64,000 nucleotides of DNA from the IMG/VR virus record IMGVR_UViG_3300029959_000704, positions 1 to 64,000 of that record; one strand, 5' to 3'. This document shows, in pieces, positions 45,441-54,533 of this stretch. How positions within the stretch are numbered: position 1 is the stretch's first letter; the number at the start of each line of letters is the position of its first letter. The notes beneath the pieces were generated by a model that ran no database searches, was not told the DNA's origin, and saw nothing but the letters and a program-made list of their open reading frames with translations. This stretch comes from a virus (taxonomy: Duplodnaviria > Caudoviricetes). A program made the translations under genes and the position numbers.

Positions 45441-46436
45441 ATGAAAAAGAGAAATAAAATTGCATTGATGGCTATCGCCAGTGGAAATGATACTCCTGAG
45501 AATATTGCAAGTAAGAGATATGTAGGTATTGCTGCATGTACACTTCTTGCAATCAACCCTAATAAAGAAGAATTGAGTAAATTATTTGCTACCGAATCTG
45601 GTCCTGCAAATATTGAAAAAGAACCTGAGTATACCGGGGAAGATTCAACAGGAATAAAATATGCCAGGATTGATATGTATCTGCAAACAATTCCAGAAAA
45701 ATCTAATGGTATTACAACTATTATAAAAGTTGGTTATTTCATAAGAAATACTAGCCGTTCTAATAGAGATAATACTAAGATTCAAGTAATCAATGCTTAC
45801 GGTGACGCAGCATGGTTTACAAAAGAACAATTTGAGACCAAAACTCCTCCTGAGAATATGTCTAGCTATCAAACTGCAGGTTTAAGACCAGCATTTGCCG
45901 GTGAAGAAGAATTGACTAAGTTTATTAAGAGATTCTTGAATATTCCGGCATACTCTTACAGAAAAAGTGATGGTACAATTGTTACAGTTCCAGATCCGGT
46001 ACAAGCTGAATGCCAACTTTCAAAAATTCCATCTTATTTTAATGGAGATATGTCAGAAATTAAAAAAGCTCTGATGGCCAGAAAAAATAACAGATTGAAA
46101 CTTTTGTTTGGAGTTAAGACTACTCTTGATAATAAATCTTATCAAGATTGTTTTGTTCAACATCCAGTTAGTTATTTGACAAACGATTATAAGAAGCTTA
46201 TTGAAGCTTTGACTAAGACTAAGTCAGATAATGGGTATTCAATGACAGACTTTGGTACCTCCCCTTATGTATTCCAGGAATGGAAACCTACTCCTACAAA
46301 TGCAGAAAGTATTACAGCTCCTGCAAATCCTTTCGGAACAGTTCCACAAGCACAAACTGCCCCTCAAACTCAGCCACAAGCTATTCCTTGGGGAGCAACA
46401 ATGCCTGCACCAACTGACCCTGACGATCTACCGTAG
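45441..46436 (+). CDS. Putative ssDNA-binding protein
   Basis: Beta-rich core with a Pro/Gln/Ala linker and acidic DPDDLP tail; lies between the ATPase and primase. Confidence 0.6.
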   Translation: MKKRNKIALMAIASGNDTPENIASKRYVGIAACTLLAINPNKEELSKLFATESGPANIEKEPEYTGEDSTGIKYARIDMYLQTIPEKSNGITTIIKVGYFIRNTSRSNRDNTKIQVINAYGDAAWFTKEQFETKTPPENMSSYQTAGLRPAFAGEEELTKFIKRFLNIPAYSYRKSDGTIVTVPDPVQAECQLSKIPSYFNGDMSEIKKALMARKNNRLKLLFGVKTTLDNKSYQDCFVQHPVSYLTNDYKKLIEALTKTKSDNGYSMTDFGTSPYVFQEWKPTPTNAESITAPANPFGTVPQAQTAPQTQPQAIPWGATMPAPTDPDDLP

Positions 46437-46441
46437 TAGTT

Positions 46442-47449
46442 ATGATTGCAGGAGGCTCTCCCACAGTAGAGTCCTTGAGCAATATTTTATCACAAACTAC
46501 TGAAGTAGAACTACTATATTATTATTTAGGTATTTCAAAATTACCCATATTGATTAATAGTCCTCTTAGACCTGATACCAAACCATCTTTTGGATTTACT
46601 AGTCCTGATGGACTGAAGGTTTATTACAGAGATTTTGCCACAGGAGAATCTGGAGGACTATTTAATCTATTTATGGAATTATGGAAACTATCTTTTAAAG
46701 AAGTACTAATTAAAATTGCTCAGGATTTACCAAATATAGTAGCATCAACTAAATCAATCCATGTATCTGAATATGATAAAAATAGGAAATCCTTCAATCA
46801 TCGAAGTGACAGTACCCTTAAATTCAAAATAAGAGATTGGAAATCACATGATTTAGAGTATTGGGAAGGTTATGGAATATCCAAACCTTGGTTAGAATTT
46901 GGGAATGTCTATCCTATATCACATATATTTGTTTATAAAGAGGGTCAAGAATATATCTTACCAGCTGATAAGTATGCATATGTTTATATAGAACATAAAG
47001 ATAACCAACCTTCTTTCAAAATTTATCAGCCATTTAGTCAAATATGTAAATGGCGGAGTCAACATGATCACTCAGTGTGGGATTTATGGGCTCAATTACC
47101 TTTAACAGGAGATAATTTAATTATTACAAGTTCAAGAAAAGATGCTCTTTGTGTCTGGGAAAACACATTAATACCTTCTTGTAGCTTGCAAGCAGAATCT
47201 TATCTTCCTAAAGAACAGGTAATTTCAGAACTTAAAAAAAGATTTAAAAATCTTTATATCTTATATGATAATGATTATGATAAATTGAAAAATTATGGCC
47301 GAATTTATGGCCAAAAAATAGCAGATGCATTTGGATTAATACAGATTGAAATTCCTGAAGGGATGTCATCTAAAGATCCATCTGATCTAGCAAAAAACCA
47401 CGGTAGATTGGCCGTTAAAGAAACAATATTTAATTTAATAAAACATTAA
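46442..47449 (+). CDS. DNA primase (TOPRIM)
   Basis: SPLRPD..PSF, TSSRKDA, ILYDNDYD and KDPSD. Confidence 0.85.
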   Translation: MIAGGSPTVESLSNILSQTTEVELLYYYLGISKLPILINSPLRPDTKPSFGFTSPDGLKVYYRDFATGESGGLFNLFMELWKLSFKEVLIKIAQDLPNIVASTKSIHVSEYDKNRKSFNHRSDSTLKFKIRDWKSHDLEYWEGYGISKPWLEFGNVYPISHIFVYKEGQEYILPADKYAYVYIEHKDNQPSFKIYQPFSQICKWRSQHDHSVWDLWAQLPLTGDNLIITSSRKDALCVWENTLIPSCSLQAESYLPKEQVISELKKRFKNLYILYDNDYDKLKNYGRIYGQKIADAFGLIQIEIPEGMSSKDPSDLAKNHGRLAVKETIFNLIKH

Positions 47450-47453
47450 AATT

Positions 47454-48092
47454 ATGTCACAAATTCAAAGAAGTGTAGAAGTTTATGTATCATCAAGCAG
47501 AGCCCGTAAAGTAATTACAAGTAACGCAACAACATGGGGACAACTTCGTAATGATATCCTTGCAGCAACAAATCTTCCATCATCAGATCTTTCATCAGAT
47601 AACAGTAAGATTTTTGAAGGTAATCAAAGAGTAGAGCTTGTATCAGATGAGACTCAACTTCCTACAAACATTCGTCTTGAGGACGGTACTACAACTAATA
47701 ACCTTCTGATTGTTATTACTCCTAAAGCTAAAGTAAAATCAGGTGCAGTTCGCCCCCGTACAGAAATTTATGCTGAGCTGAACCAGCTCTTCACTGCTTA
47801 TGGTGAGACTGCTAGAAATTTTTTTTCCGGATACACAAGAATCTCAAGTGAAGATCTTGAGAGGTCAATAGTCGCTTTTAAAGCCAGACTGCGTCCTGCA
47901 CAACAAGTTCAGCCAGTTCAAGCAGTTGCTATCACAGCATCTAGTATTATGATGATTAAGACTGCTTTTAATTTGTTAGCTCAAGCTACAGAACTGATTA
48001 AAGGTTCAGGACTTACATCAGATATCGTTGATATAAAAGTGGATACTGATGTAGCCAGACTTGAAGCTATTGCTCAATCACTAAACCGATAA
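47454..48092 (+). CDS. Putative ubiquitin-like (beta-grasp) protein with C-terminal extension
   Basis: The N-terminal ~97 aa has a strand-strand-helix-strand pattern ending KAKVKSG, followed by a helical extension. It is the first gene before E2, JAB and E1. Confidence 0.6.
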   Translation: MSQIQRSVEVYVSSSRARKVITSNATTWGQLRNDILAATNLPSSDLSSDNSKIFEGNQRVELVSDETQLPTNIRLEDGTTTNNLLIVITPKAKVKSGAVRPRTEIYAELNQLFTAYGETARNFFSGYTRISSEDLERSIVAFKARLRPAQQVQPVQAVAITASSIMMIKTAFNLLAQATELIKGSGLTSDIVDIKVDTDVARLEAIAQSLNR

Positions 48093-48098
48093 AAAATT

Positions 48099-49337
48099 AT
48101 GTCAGGTATTGATACACAAAACAATATCGAAAATACAGTAACCAAAGGTAAGGGGGATAATACTCCCTTACCTTCTCTTACTGCAAAAGAGATAATAACA
48201 AAAGTATTTACAGATTATTATGGAGAAGATCGAATAGATGTAAGATCTTATATAGGTAGAGAAAGACAAATTATAGTATTAATTCATTTTCCACAAATTA
48301 CTATATCCAATTCATATAAGAAATCTCATATTATAAAAGATTTATATGTAAAATATGTATTTTTAGAAGATGGGTCTTTACTAGATGGTCCTCTCTACGC
48401 AAGAAGTACTTTTTCTTCTGCAGAATTTCTATCAAATTATGAACATTCTCATGTATCTTTAAATCCAAGAGATCATATAATGTTAAATGGAACTTCTACA
48501 GGAATACAAAATGCATCAATAAGATTTTCTGGAGTTTGCTTAGGATCCGGTCCTATTAATAATACTATTTCGAACCTTCGTCATATGTTTGATTATGAGG
48601 GAGTACGAATTGATTTCAAATCTTCAATATATAAAATTAATTTATTAACCTTATGTATTGAGACAGATAGGAATGTAAGGTGGGAATCTGTAGAAGGTGG
48701 GCCATATAGAAGATTTGCTAATATAGCTTTTAATCAAAGCTCTTCATCTTCTAATATTCCCAGAACTAATACATCATTGAGTTCTTCAGGACTTCTTCAA
48801 ATAGCTCACGCTGATTCAAACAGAAATCTTTCCTTTATAAGAACATATTCTCTTCATAAATTAATCAAGTATATTCTAACAGAGATATTTAAAAAAGATG
48901 GGGTTACTTTCACATCTTGTTTATTTAAAAATGATAGATATTTTATGCAACCTACTTTTGATATGAATTTGTTAGAAGCAATTATTATCAAAACTCTTAC
49001 AGATATTGGGGATTCTATTCTTACAAATAGTTTATTAGGAACATTAGTTTCTGATGATGATGCATCAACTCCACCAACATTTGTAGAATTGTCAAGTACA
49101 TTAAATAGATTTAGTGTAGTTCCTGCAGGATCATTTAATTCAATTATGACATATGAAACTAGTGCTGTCTTTAAGAAAAAGAAGATAGTTTGCACAATAT
49201 ATCCTGTAAATGGCAATGTAAGTACTTCTACAACTGCACGACCAAGATTGCAGTTAGATCAATTGAGAGTTAGGCCTAATTTTTTAACATATATTAACGC
49301 CGTGGCTCCTCATTTTTATACATCAACTAACTTATAA
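48099..49337 (+). CDS. Prokaryotic E2-like (UBC-fold) protein
   Basis: HSHV (116-119) followed by GVCLG (Cys147), resembling the HPxV...CxG signature of E2 enzymes; WES..G.PY further on. Confidence 0.65.
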   Translation: MSGIDTQNNIENTVTKGKGDNTPLPSLTAKEIITKVFTDYYGEDRIDVRSYIGRERQIIVLIHFPQITISNSYKKSHIIKDLYVKYVFLEDGSLLDGPLYARSTFSSAEFLSNYEHSHVSLNPRDHIMLNGTSTGIQNASIRFSGVCLGSGPINNTISNLRHMFDYEGVRIDFKSSIYKINLLTLCIETDRNVRWESVEGGPYRRFANIAFNQSSSSSNIPRTNTSLSSSGLLQIAHADSNRNLSFIRTYSLHKLIKYILTEIFKKDGVTFTSCLFKNDRYFMQPTFDMNLLEAIIIKTLTDIGDSILTNSLLGTLVSDDDASTPPTFVELSSTLNRFSVVPAGSFNSIMTYETSAVFKKKKIVCTIYPVNGNVSTSTTARPRLQLDQLRVRPNFLTYINAVAPHFYTSTNL

Positions 49338-49343
49338 ATTAAT

Positions 49344-50660
49344 ATGGGACGACCTAAAAAAAATTATATAGCATCTATGGTTACTATACAAAATACTACT
49401 GAACCAAAAGTAGTTCCCGAAACACCCGCAGTAGAAGCTAAACCTATAGCTCCTCCAAGACCAGTTATTAAACCAATTGCTGGAGATTTTCAATTAAAGA
49501 TTTCTACTGCAGCTTTACAAAAAATTGAATATCTATGTGATGCCTTTCCAACAGTAGAATGGAGTGGCACATTATATTATAAAGTCATTGGAGATATCAA
49601 TGATGAAAATTTCTCAGTAGAAGTAGTGGACTTATTCCTACAGGACATAGGTACAGCTACATATACAGAGTATGAATTCAGTGAAGAATATGCAGGCTTT
49701 ATGGCTGCTCATCCTGAATTACGTGGAAATGACATTTATGAAGGACATATTCATAGCCATAATAATATGGCAACTTTCTTCAGTGGAACTGATGACGGAG
49801 AATTAATTGATTCTGCCGTTTTAAGAAAGAATATCCTTTCATTAATAGTAAACAATGCTGGTGTTTATACAGCAGCATTAGGAACACTTGCTGAAGCTGA
49901 AGTAAAGCAAATTACTTCTTATAAATATCCATTATTCTCAGGGGAAGAAATTTCTTTTCAATCAGATGTATCTAAAGTAATGCCGGTAGTCTTTAAGAAG
50001 ATGGCTGTAATTATCAAAGAGGCTCCTGAAAAGACCCTAAGAGGAATGTTTTCTTCTATAATTTCTGGAATTAAAGCCAGGAAGGAGGTTAATTCAAAAA
50101 AGAATTACTCGGGGTTTTCAAGAAATTATGGTGTTTATGGAGGCACTTCTTTCGATGATAGCTTCGATGAGGATTATCCCAAACAACCTTACACACCTCC
50201 AACAATCTTTCAACCCCATCAATACCCTTCGAATTCACAAGAAAGCCTTAAAAAAGGAGAGGCTAAAAAAAAGGAAGGAGTTAAAGAATACGAAGCACAA
50301 GCGATATTACTAATTACAAAAGCAGTAGCTTGTGCAAAATATTTTAAAGGAACTTTATCAGAGGCACTTCGTACTATACCAATTAGTACAAATGTTTCAG
50401 ATTATGAAATTGAAGCAGCAAATTCTTTTGATGATATTTTAGGATATGTTATAGAGACTACCTCTACTGTCAAAACCCAATTAACTATCCGGATTATGGC
50501 AGAAAAGATTTGTAGTGCAGCTAATGATTATTTATCAGACAATTCATTAAAATATAATCCTTATGTAAAAGTGATCCATAAATTCATACAGGATAATATG
50601 TCTATAGATGATATGCCTGATACTACCTCAGAAGCTATTAGCAACTTAAATAAACAATAA
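49344..50660 (+). CDS. JAB/MPN+ metalloprotease
   Basis: E72 (EWSG) plus H137-x-H139-x7-S147-x2-D150 (HSHNNMATFFSGTD). Confidence 0.9.
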   Translation: MGRPKKNYIASMVTIQNTTEPKVVPETPAVEAKPIAPPRPVIKPIAGDFQLKISTAALQKIEYLCDAFPTVEWSGTLYYKVIGDINDENFSVEVVDLFLQDIGTATYTEYEFSEEYAGFMAAHPELRGNDIYEGHIHSHNNMATFFSGTDDGELIDSAVLRKNILSLIVNNAGVYTAALGTLAEAEVKQITSYKYPLFSGEEISFQSDVSKVMPVVFKKMAVIIKEAPEKTLRGMFSSIISGIKARKEVNSKKNYSGFSRNYGVYGGTSFDDSFDEDYPKQPYTPPTIFQPHQYPSNSQESLKKGEAKKKEGVKEYEAQAILLITKAVACAKYFKGTLSEALRTIPISTNVSDYEIEAANSFDDILGYVIETTSTVKTQLTIRIMAEKICSAANDYLSDNSLKYNPYVKVIHKFIQDNMSIDDMPDTTSEAISNLNKQ

Positions 50661-50662
50661 TT

Positions 50663-52228
50663 ATGCAGGATAACGGATTAAACTTAGGAAGGCTTCCAGC
50701 AGATGTTCAGGAAGCCTTAAGAGAAACTTTTGGATCTGATTTTGATAATGCATCTACTTTAACAGATTTATTTAGAGAGCAAGACACTCTCAATGAACAA
50801 GGACAAGTAGTTGCACAACCAATTCCTGAACCTGTAGTTCCAGAGCCTATACAAGCAACAGAAGCTACCTTTCCTACCGGTTGGGTTGTTTCTGGACCAG
50901 ATGAACAAGATCCTAATATACATCATGGTATGGTTAATATACAAGCTAGGGAAAGGGGTGCAAATGAATTTGGGAGAGTATTAGTAAATGCAGCAGAAGA
51001 AGTAATGAATGGAAGACCTTTGCCTTGGGGCGGAGATGGAGCAGTTGGTATTCTACAAGCAGATGATTTAACTAGAGCAAGAGAAATACTTGATGAACTT
51101 ACTAGTGATACATCAAATGCAGATATGATAGGAAGTCCCTCTGACTCACTTCAAGCTGGTTTAGGTATTTTAGAACAAGTACAAGTTGTTCCTGCTGAAG
51201 TCCCTGATACTCCTTCACAATCAATACCTACAGCTCCAAGAAGAAGACGAACTCCTTCAAGGGCTACTGCAAGAGTAGTTACTCCTGTGCCATCTGAGGA
51301 AATTATAAATTTGGAATCTCCATCAGAGACTCCAGCTCAGGAATCTCCTCAACCGGTAAATACAATTAAAGCAGAAGAGGAAAATATCATACCTTTAGAA
51401 TCTTTTTATATAGCTCCTGCTACTAGTACTCCTACAGAAGAAAGTCCTATAAAAACATTAGTAGCAGATGCTTTACGAAATAGTGCTACCACTATGGAAG
51501 AAGTGTCTAAAGCTAAATTAGTATCTGAAAGTGAGTTAAGATATAGTGATGCTCCTTGGTATAATGATCTTAAAAATTATACTTATGATATTACTATAAT
51601 TGGAGCAGGAGGTATTGGATCTTGGGTGGCTTTATTGTTATCAAAATTTGGAATCATGATGAGACTTTATGATTTTGATCGTTTTGAAAAAGTAAATCAA
51701 GCCGGACAAATATTTCTTGCAAATGATGTAGGACTTCCTAAAACATTAGCAGTATCTAAATTATTAAGTGCTGTAAATGGCAACTCTCCTTTAAATACTT
51801 ATGGTAGATGGGATCCTGGAGATCCATTGTCTCCTATAACTATTGTTGCTGTTGATAATATGTCAGTAAGAAAACGAGTATTTGAAGATTGGTCTCGTAA
51901 ATATTCTACAAGAGATAAAGCTCTATTTATAGATGCTAGATTAGCTGCAGAATTGTATCAAATTTATACAGTTAAAGGTACACTATCTGGACCTAATGCA
52001 CTTGCTAGAGATAGATATCTCAAAGAATTCTTTACTGATGATCAAGCTGATGCAACTTTGTGTTCTTATAAACAGACTGCATACGTAGCAGCAATGTTAG
52101 CTGGTAGAATTATAAATAATATTGTTAACCATTTCTCAAATACCCAGCCAGATCTTTTACCAAGATTGGTACCATTCTTCATAGAATATGATGCTAATGG
52201 ATTTGAGAGAATAATACCTTATGCATAA
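50663..52228 (+). CDS. ThiF/E1-like adenylyltransferase with long low-complexity N-terminus
   Basis: GAGGIG (314-319), DFDRFEKVNQAGQ, PK, AVDN..RK, DARLAAE, and a candidate catalytic Cys in CSYKQT. Confidence 0.9.
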   Translation: MQDNGLNLGRLPADVQEALRETFGSDFDNASTLTDLFREQDTLNEQGQVVAQPIPEPVVPEPIQATEATFPTGWVVSGPDEQDPNIHHGMVNIQARERGANEFGRVLVNAAEEVMNGRPLPWGGDGAVGILQADDLTRAREILDELTSDTSNADMIGSPSDSLQAGLGILEQVQVVPAEVPDTPSQSIPTAPRRRRTPSRATARVVTPVPSEEIINLESPSETPAQESPQPVNTIKAEEENIIPLESFYIAPATSTPTEESPIKTLVADALRNSATTMEEVSKAKLVSESELRYSDAPWYNDLKNYTYDITIIGAGGIGSWVALLLSKFGIMMRLYDFDRFEKVNQAGQIFLANDVGLPKTLAVSKLLSAVNGNSPLNTYGRWDPGDPLSPITIVAVDNMSVRKRVFEDWSRKYSTRDKALFIDARLAAELYQIYTVKGTLSGPNALARDRYLKEFFTDDQADATLCSYKQTAYVAAMLAGRIINNIVNHFSNTQPDLLPRLVPFFIEYDANGFERIIPYA

Positions 52229-53247
52229 TGTTAACACAATCTTCATTATTAATCGCTACTTACTATCCTTCTGCAAGAAGTTTGCTGATATTAGATAATA
52301 CATCTATTACTGCCGCAATGGATAGAACTCTTACATTGCAATTACCTCCTATAAAAATAAATTTAGGAGATCCAAAAGGTCTTATACCTATATGTTATCC
52401 ACTTACTTTTGGCTCTATATTAGGAAGTAATCCTAATAAAGATGTATTTCTATCAATTCCTTTTGCTGTACCAGTCTCTTCACTAGTTTCAGAACCTGGA
52501 GATTTAGGATGTTTATCAAGAGGAGTAGGTAAAGGAAGAGTATTTAACAATACAAGGACTTTGCATAATATATTTAGGAATACCTTACCTCTAGGTCTAT
52601 CAACCATACTGTTAGGAGAACATGTATATTATGCAGGAAAAGGTTGCATCTTTGATAAGGATTTAAATCCTATAGTAATGAGCTATGTAACAACTTCTTT
52701 TGTAAAGAAAGTTATAGCTGGTGCTTATACAAGTTCTGCAGGAAATGTAACTGTATCTCCTTCTGGGTATATTAATACAGCTATAAGTGATATAGAAAAT
52801 ATGGCATTAGTGGAAGAGTTACATATTAAAGTAAAATCTAATTACTCAATAGCTTCTTCTGGAATTCATATAAGTCTTAAAAATTGGATTAATAAATTCC
52901 TAGGAGTAATAAATGATGAGATTTCTTCCGGTAGTAAGATTAAAGTAGAGTTGGTAAATGAATTTCCTTTTAGAGAATATGGCTTAAATATTCCATATTT
53001 AGAAAAAAGGTATATCGCTAATTATGGTCAAATAACAAAGCCTGATTTTCTCTATAAAGAGATAGTAAAAAATATTTTATCAACACATGACACAGTCTCC
53101 ATTGAAGAGCTACGAGAGGTTTTTAACCCAGACAGAGATGCAAGAATATTTGAACAGGATCTCCTTACAGATAATGCAGACACTTCCGAGTATATCTGGC
53201 GTAAAATCTCTACAAATCTTGACTCCTCCAATACAAGCTCAGTTTAG
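52228..53247 (+). CDS. Hypothetical protein coupled to the E1 gene
   Basis: 339 aa; its ATG overlaps the E1 stop. Confidence 0.75.
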   Translation: MLTQSSLLIATYYPSARSLLILDNTSITAAMDRTLTLQLPPIKINLGDPKGLIPICYPLTFGSILGSNPNKDVFLSIPFAVPVSSLVSEPGDLGCLSRGVGKGRVFNNTRTLHNIFRNTLPLGLSTILLGEHVYYAGKGCIFDKDLNPIVMSYVTTSFVKKVIAGAYTSSAGNVTVSPSGYINTAISDIENMALVEELHIKVKSNYSIASSGIHISLKNWINKFLGVINDEISSGSKIKVELVNEFPFREYGLNIPYLEKRYIANYGQITKPDFLYKEIVKNILSTHDTVSIEELREVFNPDRDARIFEQDLLTDNADTSEYIWRKISTNLDSSNTSSV

Positions 53248-53785
53248 AGCATTTGAGCTATGTCCTGTAGATATACTTAAGATTGTGATAGTTGGTCAAG
53301 ACCCCTATCCACAACCAGGATATGCTACAGGACTAGCTTTTGCTAATCCTAAAAATACACCAATAATTAGCCCTTCTTTAAAATTAATTAAAGATAGGAT
53401 TGAGAAAGATTTTACACACTTGTATTCTCAACCTACTACTTTTGATATAACTTTAGAGTCTTGGGCTAGTCAAGGTGTATTACTTTTAAATAGTGCCTTA
53501 ACTGTTTTAAAAAATCAACCTGGTAGCCATTCAGATATATGGAATCCATTCATTTCTACCTTATTAACTAGACTTAGTAATGAGGGAGGGCTGATATTCC
53601 TTTTATTTGGAGCTACTGCAAGTAATATGAAATGTTTTTTAAATCCAAAAAATAATCATATATTTGCATATAAACATCCAGCCTATTATGCTAGAATCGG
53701 ACAAGAACTTGAATGTGACGGTTTTATAAAAGCTAAAGCTCTCTTGCAAGAGAGAGGGCAGGATATACATTTTTTAAACACCTAG
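53087..53785 (+). CDS. ung: Uracil-DNA glycosylase, family 1
   Basis: GQDPYP, GLAF, GVLLLNSALT and HPA. The start may be ATG 53138. Confidence 0.92.
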   Translation: MTQSPLKSYERFLTQTEMQEYLNRISLQIMQTLPSISGVKSLQILTPPIQAQFRAFELCPVDILKIVIVGQDPYPQPGYATGLAFANPKNTPIISPSLKLIKDRIEKDFTHLYSQPTTFDITLESWASQGVLLLNSALTVLKNQPGSHSDIWNPFISTLLTRLSNEGGLIFLLFGATASNMKCFLNPKNNHIFAYKHPAYYARIGQELECDGFIKAKALLQERGQDIHFLNT

Positions 53786-53787
53786 TT

Positions 53788-54234
53788 ATGGCAAATAAGT
53801 ATAACAACAAACAGATTCTTTTTGAAGGAATTAATTTTAAAAGTCTTTTAGAGAAGAGGACATATGAAATTTTAAAAGAGGCAGGCTTTAGACCTTTATA
53901 TGAACCTTCTGCATATTCACTATTAAAACCATTTTCTTTAGGAGAGTCTGTTAAGTTATACAAACCATCTGGTAAGGAAAAGACTTTATCTTTATATAAA
54001 AGGAGTATTCAAGGTATTACTTACACACCTGATTTTGTTTTTGAATACAAAGGTCACTTAGTATTTTTTGACACAAAAGGTAAAGTAAATGATACTTATC
54101 CTTTAAAGTTAAAAGCTTTTCTTTCTTTACAAGTAAAGACCTCAAAATTGCCGGTATTGTTTTTTGAGCCACACTCATTACGACAAGTAAAGCAAACAGT
54201 TGAGATCTTAAAAAACCTTCCATACCATAAATAA
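53788..54234 (+). CDS. PD-(D/E)XK endonuclease, resolvase-like
   Basis: FKSLLE...YTPDFV...DTKG. Confidence 0.8.
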   Translation: MANKYNNKQILFEGINFKSLLEKRTYEILKEAGFRPLYEPSAYSLLKPFSLGESVKLYKPSGKEKTLSLYKRSIQGITYTPDFVFEYKGHLVFFDTKGKVNDTYPLKLKAFLSLQVKTSKLPVLFFEPHSLRQVKQTVEILKNLPYHK

Positions 54235-54235
54235 T

Positions 54236-54520
54236 ATGGGAAATTCTAATCTAGAAAGATTATTAGGAGCATCTTTTCCTGATAAACATATGGGCAGAAC
54301 AGTTCGTGGTTTATATATGAAAGGCTCCTTTCATACTTTGCAAAGTATAGTTAAGCAAGAAATTAAAGCTTGCGCATCCTCTATTGAATCAGATGAATTC
54401 AAAGACAAACCTACCTCAGTACAAAAATGCTTAGATAGACTTGATAATTTAGAATTGCTGAATGTAGAGATTTCCTATTTATTAAATTCTCGTCCAGAAG
54501 AAGAGGATTTTCAGGATTAA
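54236..54520 (+). CDS. Hypothetical protein
   Basis: 94 aa. Confidence 0.7.
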   Translation: MGNSNLERLLGASFPDKHMGRTVRGLYMKGSFHTLQSIVKQEIKACASSIESDEFKDKPTSVQKCLDRLDNLELLNVEISYLLNSRPEEEDFQD

Positions 54521-54533
54521 TATTAAACTTGTT

